Assembly (NCBI GenBank): GCA_938018185.1
Contig: CALIIW010000141.1
Span: forward strand, 2,041-66,040
From: an uncultured Saprospiraceae bacterium
GTDB lineage: Bacteria > Bacteroidota > Bacteroidia > Chitinophagales > Saprospiraceae
DNA length: 64,000 bases
Direction of reading: 5' to 3'
A program made the position numbers and the translations under genes. Position 1 is the stretch's first letter; each line of letters opens with the position of its first letter. Below, one piece after another: positions 53,401 to 62,100 of this stretch. The notes under the pieces are model-generated. The model was not told where the DNA came from, did not search any database, and saw only the letters and a list, made by a program, of their open reading frames with translations.

Positions 53401-55841
53401 TTTTAATCGAAGATGCAGTTGCACCTATAGTTATTTGCAAGCCAGACTTAACTGTGACTTGCAACACGCCTGGTTATGCAGATGCATTTACTGAGCCTGA
53501 TGCAATAGATAATTGTTCGGTAAGCTTGTTAAGTGTTGAAGACAGTGGTTCTTTAGACAATTGTCATGCTGGAACATTATCAAGAACTTGGACATTTACG
53601 GATGGTTCTGATAAGTCCCCAGATCAATCTTGTACTCAAAGAGTAACTGTTGAGCATGTTTCAGACTTTACCATTCAATTTCCTCAAGATGTAACAATTA
53701 CAACTTGTCCTGATGAGGTTTTAGGTACAGGAGAGCCTTTGATTTTAGATGCAGAATGTGAATTGGTTTCTGTTGGATATGAAGATTTCAAATCAACATT
53801 GGTAGATGATGCTTGTTACAAGATTACTAGAAAATGGACTGTTACCAACTGGTGTGTAAATCCAACAGGTGTAGGTACAGATTTAGGTATTCCTTTACCA
53901 TTACCTAACACATATAGAGATGATGATGGATATTTCTATTATGAGCAAATAATTAAAGTTTTAGATGAAGAGGCTCCAACTGTAAGCATTGCAGTAGGTG
54001 ATCCTTGTGACTTTACAGAAGGTTGTGAAGGTGCTGCTTCAGTAGTGGCTACTGGTTCAGATGCTTGTTCAAACTTTGCTGCTTTAATTTATCACTACAG
54101 AATTGATCTTTTCTCTGACGGAGTTTATGATGTTTCAGGAAATGGAGAGGATGCATCAGGTGTTTATCCATATGGAGATCACTTAGTAGAATTTACTGTT
54201 TCAGATGGTTGTGGAAATGGTGTTGTTGAATCAGCAACATTCTCAGTAAGAGATTGTAAGAATCCTACACCAGTATGTAAGAGTGGATTGGCTATTGAAG
54301 TAATGAATGATGGAGACGGTTGTGCTCCAATTTGGGCTGTTGACTTTTTAGAGTATGCTTTCGATAACTGTACTGCAGATGATATTGTTGAGTCTTCAGT
54401 ATTGATTAGAAGAGAAGGAGAAACGGGTCCTCCACAAGGTTCAGTTGAGATTTGCTGTTCTGATGTTGCTGCAGGAACTGTTGCAATTGAAGTATGGGTA
54501 ACTGACGAAGCTGGTAATTCAGATTACTGTGTTTCTTACATTATCGCTCAAGATAATCTTGGAAATTGCCCTGATTCAGGAAATGGTACTGCAATGATTT
54601 CTGGAGATATTGTTACAGAAGATTATGAAGATGTTGAACAAGTCATGGTTGACATAAACTACGGTTCAAGTTCAACTCCAACGGGATCAAACGGTACATA
54701 TACATTCCCTAATATGCAAGTTGGAAATACTTTCATGATTGATCCAGCAAAGGATATCAATCCTTTGAATGGGGTTTCAACTTATGATTTAGTATTGATC
54801 TCACAGCATATCTTAGCAGTAACACCATTAACATCACCATATCAAATGATTGCGGCAGATGTTAACAATAGTGGTTCAATTACAACTTTTGATATTGTAC
54901 AACTTAGACAGTTAATCTTGTTTGTTGTTACCGATTTTCCAAATAACGATTCTTGGAGATTCGTTGACATGGACTATGTATTCCCAGTACCAACTAATCC
55001 TTGGGCTGAAGCATTCCCAGAAGTTATTTCTGTAAATGGTCTTCCAACTAATGGTGAGCTTTTAGCAGATTTCTTTGCAATCAAGATTGGAGATATTAAT
55101 GGAACGGCTGTTCCTAATAACTTACTTGGTTCTGAAGGTAGATCTGCAAATGAAACATTATTGTTGGCAATCGATGACAGAAATATTGAAGCAGGAGAAA
55201 CTTTTGAACTAGCATTTAGAGCTTCAGATTTTAACAATATTCTTGGATACCAATTCACACTTGGCTTTGATAAGGAAGCTGTAGAATTTGTTGAAACTGC
55301 TGCTGGTAAAATAAATACTTCTGATTCAAACTACGGTTTAAGTTTACTTGAAGAGGGTGTTATTACTACTTCAGTAAATCAATCTAAGGCATTGAATATT
55401 GCAAATGATGAAGTATTATTTACATTAACTTTTATTGCTAAGCAAAACACTAACATCAGTAATGTATTTGATGTAAACAACAAATACACTGTTGCTGAAG
55501 CATATAATGAAAATGGAGAAATACTTGACCTAGGATTTAAATTCAATACGAATGAAGGTCAAATCATTGTAGATGGAGCGGAATTTGGTTTATACCAAAA
55601 TCAACCTAACCCATTCAATGCTTCAACTTCTATTGCTTTCAATTTGCCAAAAGCATCTAAAGTAAGTCTTAGAATACATGATGTTTCTGGAAAGACTGTT
55701 AAGTTAATCGAAGGTGACTATGATAAAGGAAGAAATGAAATATTGATCTCTAAAAATGAATTAAATGCTACAGGTGTTTTATTCTATACTTTAGAAACTG
55801 AAGATAATTCAGCTACAAAGAAGATGATCATTATTGATTAA
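50445..55841 (+). CDS. giant Cys-rich T9SS substrate (type A CTD) with HYR/Ig-like modules, a P-domain, and dockerin-like and cohesin-like modules
   Basis: 1798 aa with signal peptide (SISNLMAQ). Repeated modules carry D.T.P...C and R.WT..NWC motifs. P-domain-like: RDLRVRLQTPHGI...AGSWTLQLRD. Dockerin-like: DVNNSGSITTFDIVQLRQLIL. C-terminus: LYQNQPNPFNASTSIAFNLPKASKVSLRIHDVSGKTV. Confidence 0.8.
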   Translation: MNFNFTKKILLSLSFVMVYSFSISNLMAQCFGPATTALDIRTAIKDISDCNGCTYLLALDDVDSADPTAVSPGWDGATINVAINEGGFVPYKVTTQQNNCALIPLCATDGGFIDLEYWNGAFEAEHGFTLYTADGNIATDINGNLVQYVGSPPVGNLIRVKASCPAPVCAASTLDLELIPSLGNNLEPLFYEILDAAGNTVFSEGPTTSDNLEGGIATLNKCETYTLVFGSSAGIGASAIWDGARMSIIASEDAYNTRGPVLDQYYMFRLIRPTLGANGMVMKEFTIPCEPDEADPINLLTSVGSCNYTGKIVLPLLEPEVCYNTCHVDCGSPAVTAQVFLNGAFVATYGYDYGVGIVSAPAPISGPFPAGKHTLTYVFTYNCEAVGNRNPNDLIQVKRDVDLLISSEASPTMACNPLVNITLGHDDEDCETLITADMVLEDLDLCSEEEYEIIIEGTDGNYVTSAQACTTVKYEITHCYSGNTCWGYLNIEDKTKPTIACFDYDLPCNHPYADVLDYSATESFCTANSVITKEGLWVNAGFVADFCAPEGEIIQSICLNLDLDHTRTRDLRVRLQTPHGIINLTRAHNAPFCSTDLLSPLDALIGLPYVAGSWTLQLRDTNPVNVPGDNPDAGIGYGKLLEACIDIQHGFPIPYEAYDCTLQSVTLLNEQLVETNCDQSNWVGAQIVRTYQAIDKPGNASTCVQTVNLKAPSLNDLVYPGDIHIECDGTAAEDLGIEQSGAFEFGCFGLDDTHHNLCDVSFTYSDHVLHVCGDSYKILRDWTIINWCSAVTKYHTQTIFVEDTTGPELPGGNITINSTGYNCEGSVTLSDFGITDACSGVTSVTATYTNASGQLNIVELVGGGILDGLSYGSTSVVIVATDGCFQTSTETINVEVVDNTNPVAICDDDLHISLNSNGTARLDASAFDEGSSDNCELVSLEIRSLGCVAGSWDSYADFACCDLGTVRVELRATDASGNTNICWADLLIEDAVAPIVICKPDLTVTCNTPGYADAFTEPDAIDNCSVSLLSVEDSGSLDNCHAGTLSRTWTFTDGSDKSPDQSCTQRVTVEHVSDFTIQFPQDVTITTCPDEVLGTGEPLILDAECELVSVGYEDFKSTLVDDACYKITRKWTVTNWCVNPTGVGTDLGIPLPLPNTYRDDDGYFYYEQIIKVLDEEAPTVSIAVGDPCDFTEGCEGAASVVATGSDACSNFAALIYHYRIDLFSDGVYDVSGNGEDASGVYPYGDHLVEFTVSDGCGNGVVESATFSVRDCKNPTPVCKSGLAIEVMNDGDGCAPIWAVDFLEYAFDNCTADDIVESSVLIRREGETGPPQGSVEICCSDVAAGTVAIEVWVTDEAGNSDYCVSYIIAQDNLGNCPDSGNGTAMISGDIVTEDYEDVEQVMVDINYGSSSTPTGSNGTYTFPNMQVGNTFMIDPAKDINPLNGVSTYDLVLISQHILAVTPLTSPYQMIAADVNNSGSITTFDIVQLRQLILFVVTDFPNNDSWRFVDMDYVFPVPTNPWAEAFPEVISVNGLPTNGELLADFFAIKIGDINGTAVPNNLLGSEGRSANETLLLAIDDRNIEAGETFELAFRASDFNNILGYQFTLGFDKEAVEFVETAAGKINTSDSNYGLSLLEEGVITTSVNQSKALNIANDEVLFTLTFIAKQNTNISNVFDVNNKYTVAEAYNENGEILDLGFKFNTNEGQIIVDGAEFGLYQNQPNPFNASTSIAFNLPKASKVSLRIHDVSGKTVKLIEGDYDKGRNEILISKNELNATGVLFYTLETEDNSATKKMIIID

Positions 55842-55868
55842 TTAAAACTTCAAACAACTTTATACATA

Positions 55869-55907
55869 AAAGGGGCCGATTCATTTGAATCGGTCCCTTT
55901 ATTTTTT
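55869..55907. terminator. strong hairpin terminator between the two convergent giant genes
   Basis: AAAGGGGCCGATTCA-TT-TGAATCGGTCCCTTT followed by ATTTTTT and preceded by AAAA. About 15 bp with one G-U pair in + sense. Confidence 0.8.
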
Positions 55908-55978
55908 AAGGTAACTATATAACTAGTACACCAATTATGAATTATGACAATAATAATTTCTAATTTGCTTAACAAGAA

Positions 55979-56059
55979 TTGTTTATTCGTTTATTCGTGT
56001 ATTTGTTTATAAAATTCTAAGGTTATCATAAACAAATCAACAAATAACCGCATAAACAA
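55979..56059. repeat. 81-nt imperfect inverted repeat (32-nt arms, 17-nt spacer) built from TTGTTTAT motifs
   Basis: In my hand alignment of 55979-56010 against the reverse complement of 56028-56059, 27 of 32 positions match. Both ends of each arm are a perfect TTGTTTAT / ATAAACAA. Confidence 0.6.
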
Positions 56060-56164
56060 TATCAATACATTCTAACTAATATCCCATTGGCTAATTTAAA
56101 CTTTTGGTGTATTAAATATATAGGCTCCTTTTTTAATATTGTTTTTTATTTATTGAAATACGTT

Positions 56165-59100
56165 TTACTTCATCAGCGTTAAGTCTCCAGTAAATAATTC
56201 TATGGAACCATCTAAATATTCAACCTCAACAACATAAATGTAAATTCCAATTTGCATAGGTTTTCCTTTGTGAAAACCATCCCAACCAATATTTTCATTT
56301 GCTTGAAAATTTCTATTTACATAAAGTTCTTCACCCCAACGATCGAGCACTTGTAACTTGTTTATTTTGGAAGTTGTATTGCCAGGATAAACCGTGAAGA
56401 GATCATTAATGCCATCTAAGTTAGGTGAAAAAACTGTAGGTATATAAAAGCTTAAATCTCTTCTGACAATTATTGTTATTTCATCAGTTGCAATACAACC
56501 GTCTTCATCAGTAATTTCTATTTCATATGTCCCAGTAACAAAAGGCATGAGGTATGGGTCCAAGCAATTGTCACAACTTATATTTTGAGTCGCTGTCCAA
56601 ATTACATTTTCGATTTGACTATTATCTACATTCAAAATTGAACTTATTAATAGGCTATCTCCATAAAGGATCTCTTGATCTTCACCGATGTCAATTGTCA
56701 AATCAGTACTTGGATCAATAGTAACCATAGTCTCTAAAAGGCAACCGTTTGCGTCTTCCACATTAACCACATATTGGTCGGGTTGTAAATTGCCAAAATT
56801 AGGGTCATTGTTTAAAGCGCCATTATCAATGCTATACATATAAGGACTTGTACCACCTTCAATAGGTCCGATTAAGATGTTTCCAAAATTTTGAATACAA
56901 GTTGGTTGATCAATACTTATAGAAGCATTTGTTGGAGCATCCGGTTCACTCACTTGAACTTGAGCTAAACTTGTGCATCCATTTCCATCATCAGTTACCA
57001 TTAGTGTATAATCTCCTGGAGCATTTACAATCGGTTGAAAGGAATTGGTACCAGTTACGAATGCACCATTATCAGTAGTCCAGATAGAAGAGGTATTATT
57101 TGAAGAACTTGACCCATTTAAAGTTGCTGTAAAGTCATTGCAATCTAGAAATAAATTTTCACCTGCATCTGCATTAGGTGCTGTAATATCTTGGGCTAAT
57201 ATGAAAGTCACGTTTTTTGAACAACCATTTGATTCATCTAAAACGATTGCAAGATACTCTCCTGGATCCTGTATTTCAATTTGAGAGGAGGTCCCAATGG
57301 AATTTCCTTGTGCATCAAACCATTCATAAACATAATTTGTCGATGGCTCTTCTAAGTCGACAAAAATACTTTCATTAATGCAATCTAAATTGCCAGGTAC
57401 GGGAACTTCAACCATCGGTTCCGCTCTATTTTGCTGTATTGATATCTCCGTCATTTCACTACAGCCAGTAGCAGGATCAGTTACAGTCAAGGTGTAAATA
57501 CCTGGAGCATTTGCGATGTAATTTGATGCTTCAATATCATTTCCATCAAAACTCCAAGTATAAATTGCATCATCTGAATTGTTTAAAGTAGTTGCTTCTA
57601 GATTGATAGCTAGTAGCTCACAAGTAAGAACTTCGTCCAACCATATTATTTCTGCTAAAGGGACTGTTCTCAAATCAATAACTTCCACCGTAGACATTTC
57701 AGAAACACAATTGTTTTGAGTATCTGTTACAACAAATGAATATGTTCCTTCCAATGTAGTTGTAGGATTTTGTTCCGTCGAACTAAAACCATTAGGTCCA
57801 GTCCATAAATACTCGTACTGACTACCTTGACTAGAATTTGTTCCTCCTAGCGTGACCTCAGGATTTTCACAAGTCAAATTGAGTTCTATGCCTGCATCAG
57901 CCAATGGTGTGGTTGGGTCAAGTGTAATTTCAACAAAATCTGTCGCAGTGCAACCATTTGTAAATAAAACTTCTAGTGTGTAGATTCCAGGTTCTGTTAC
58001 CGTAGGATTTGGATCATCTTCAGCAATAAAACCATTAGGTCCAGCCCAATTGAATTGACCGAGACCTGAAGCAGAGCCTTGTAGGATTGTTGCAGATACA
58101 GAACAGTTTAATTCTTGATTCATACCAGCATCAGCAGTTGGAATGGTAGGGTCTAAAGTGATTTCTACTTCATCCATTTCCGAACAGCCATTGTCAAATA
58201 CAACTGTCAAAGTATAAGTTCCTGCTTCTGTAACTAGAGGATTGGCATCATTATTTGCGATGAAACCATTTGGTCCAGTCCAGTTAAATTGGCCCGGATC
58301 AGAAGCTGTACCTTGTAAGGTTGTTTCCGTTACTGCACAACTCAATTCAGAAGTTTCACCTGCATCAACTGTCACTTGGCAATCTGAACAAGAAGCTGGA
58401 GGATCAATTTGGAAATTAGTTAAACCACAATCAGAATTCACATCATCTAAAATTTGCAGAATAATTGGCCCATCACTTATTAAGAAATTTCCAAAAGGGC
58501 CATTTGTTAAATCATATTCAAGACCATTCTGCATGTCTCCACCTTGTATGGTATAAGTAGGTGCTAAGTTGACTGAGTTTAAGCTTATGCTGTAGCTGAA
58601 GGTATCATCTAGGTTATCATCTGGAGTTCCAGCATCATCACAAACAGTTTCAATTGTCGGTAGTTCAAAAACTGGGCAATCACAATTAGGTGCTGTGATA
58701 TTAAATGCTTCGGAACATGTGGTCGCACTGTTTTCAATGCTGAGTGCTATATCCATTCCAGTTGGTATATCTGATATCGTAAAGGTACCATCCATATTGT
58801 CAACCAAGTCGCCTTCTGAGGTTTGTGGTAGATCTCCATCACTTTCAAAAGTCACCAGGTAGGTGCTTAAATCAGCGCTACATTCTTTATTGATTTCATT
58901 AAATGTTGGAAGTGTGTTTTCTGCTACCACGACTGCCACTAAACTAGAACCACAAAGACTTGAAGGATCAAATGCTTCTACATAATAAGTTCCGATGGTT
59001 GTAGGTTGAAAAGAACTTGAAGAACCTTGAACAAGATTATTTCCTGCAGCATCATCATACCAATTCACTTCTAATCCGTTTTCAACACTTGCTTCTAAGT

Positions 59101-62100
59101 TTGGAATATCTGCTCCATTACAGAAAGCAACATCCATTGCAATTGGCAATTCGATTGTTGGGCAGTCACATTGTGGCGCTGTAATCGCAAAAGTATTGCT
59201 ACACATTGTAGTTGTATTTTCAATGGTAATTGTTATGTCCTGATCTGCTGTTATAAAATCTATAGTAAAAGAACCACCACCGTTATCAATGACATTGCCT
59301 AGACTTGAAGTTATCAAATCTCCATCCGTCATTAATTGAACTTCATAAGTTGTAAGATCATTACTGCAAAATTTATCTGTTTCTATGAACGTAGGTAAAT
59401 CATTCATCACGAGGTTTATTTCCGTCAAAGCAGCAGGGCAACCAGAAGATTGTTCGAATGCTTCCGCATAATATGTACCAGCCATTGTAGGTGTAAATGT
59501 GTTTGAATTGGCAAGCAATAAGTTTGTTCCAGCTGCATCTTCATACCAGTTGATTTCCAATCCTGATTCAGCTGTTGCCGAAAGCGTAGGGAAGTCCTCG
59601 CCTTCGCAAAAACTTTCATCCGCGCCAAGTGCAGGTGTTATTGTTGGACAAGCACAATCAGGTGCCTCAACATTAAATATATTAGAACAATTTGTCTGAG
59701 AATTTTCAATTGTGATTGTAATGTCTAGACCAGCTTGAATACCTGTTATACTAAATGAACCATTTCCATTGTTCATAACATTGCCATCACTTGTGCTGAC
59801 TAAATCACCATCTGTTGATAATTGAACATCGTAAGTAGAAAGGTCCCCACTACAAGTTTTATCTGTTTCTGCAAAAGTAGGAAGTGGGTTTATCACAAGA
59901 GTAATTGGTGTGAGTACAGAAGGACAACCAGTAGATTGGTCAAATGCTTCCAAGTAAAAAGTCCCTGCCATGGTTGGGGTGAAAGTATTTGAATTAGCGT
60001 TTAATAAGTTAGTTCCCGCAGCATCATCGTACCAATTGATTTCCAATCCAGGATCAGCTGAGGCAGTAAGATTAGGAATATTTTGATCCTCGCAAATACT
60101 TAGATCTGTGCCTTGAGCCGGTGCTATAGTTGGGCAAGCACAATCGGGTGCAGAAATGATAAAAGAATTTTCACAGTTTGTTACTGGGTTGCTAATCGTT
60201 ATGTTAAGGTCAAGCCCAGTTGTGATACCATTGATTGTAAATGTGCCATCCATGTTGTCGATAACTGTACCTTGATCTGCAAGAATAATATTGTTAGCAG
60301 AACTTATGTTTACAAAGTATGTACTTAAATCTAAGCTGCATTCTTTGGCTGTTTCAACAAAAGTAGGTAGCTCTGAAATATTGATTGAAATTTCATCTGT
60401 TGCGGTACAATTATTTTGAGTGACATTTACAAGGAAGTTGGATTGAGAAGAAATATCATTAATAGAAATACTTTGGGTGCTTGCACCATTATTTCCATCA
60501 TCCGGAATTACGGTCCAAGAAAATTGAGCACCGGTATTTCCAGCATCAAGGTTGATGGCACCATCTCCAACACATTGATTAATGTCCATTCCTAAATCAA
60601 CAATTGGATTCGGGTTGATGTTGACAATAACTTGAGCATTGGAGGCAGTACACACAGTACCAGCTGGAAAGGAATAGTCAAAGCTATAAGTGTTTGGACT
60701 TTGCATAGCTGGATTGAAGCTTGCTGTAGTTGCATCGAAACTTGAGTTGGTCGACGGAGTGGTAGAACTTTCAGTCCATGTTCCCCCTTGATCTTCATTT
60801 GTAAGAAGGTCAAACAAATTGATTGTGTTAAGATCCTCTTGGCAGATTTCTAAATCCATGCTTGGTGTTCCAGCATTGCCTTGAACTTCAATATCAATGG
60901 TCAAAGTTGACTGACCACCAGGGCAATCTGTTGTGCCCAAAATCTCATAATCAAAAGTATAAATGCCATCCTCTAGCATAGAAATATCAACACTGCTAGG
61001 GTCATTTAAATCTAAACCAGATTGCATGTTGTCGATCCAATTGCCGGATAGGTTAGGGGCTGCATTAAGCAAATTATAAAAATCATTTGAATCAGTATCG
61101 CCTTCGCAAATAGTTATAGAATTATCTTGCCCAAAGTTAGGCATAGAAGTAATGTCAATGCTAATTATTGCAGTGGCTGGATTGCAAGTAGTTCCACCAT
61201 TTATTATATATGAAAAGTCGTAAGTGCCATCAGCAATATTTTCTAAATCGATAGAAGATGGGTCTGATAAATCAATCCCAGCATTATTGTCGTCCATCCA
61301 TATACCACCTGTATCTGCATTAGGTCCTAACTGAAAAATTAAATCCACGGTCGTGTTACTACCTTTGCAGTATGAAATACTCGAATCCATGCCAGCATTA
61401 GGATTGTCTTCTACAGTGATAGTCACTGAAGCGGAGGCAGCAGGGCAGTCACCAGAAGCAGCAATGCTATAAGTAAATGTATAGTCTCCAGCAGCTACCA
61501 TATCAAAATCTACATTGTTAGGGTCAGTTAAATCGACTCCCGAAGAATCATCATCCGACCAGCTACCAATATTGTCAGGATTGTCATTTAATTCATTAAA
61601 CAAATCTACGATTGAACCATCGTTACAAATGCTGTTACTACCATTAGTACCTGCTGTTGGTGCAGCACCAATGCTGACAGTTACATTCGAAACCTGATCA
61701 TCACAAATTGTACCTTCTAAGGTATAAGTAAAAATATAGTCTCCTGAACCAACTCCAGCAAAGTCTACTGACGTAGGATCTGATAAATCAATTCCAGCCG
61801 CATCGAAATCCATCCAAGTTCCTCCTGTACTTGGCTGGCCATTAAGAGCTGCTGTTAAGTCTAAAACTGTGTTGCCACCTTCGCAAATACTTGCGGAACC
61901 ATTTGTGCCAACATTTGGAAGTTCTTCAAAATTAATTGTGAGGATTGCATTTCTATCCTGGCAAGAACCTTGGGCAATTACTTCGTAAGTAAAATCATAG
62001 CTTCCTTCCATTAAATTTGATAGATCAACATCAGTTGGATCAGATAAATCTAAACCAGAAGCATCTTCATCAACCCATGTTCCATTTGGTTGAGGGTTGC

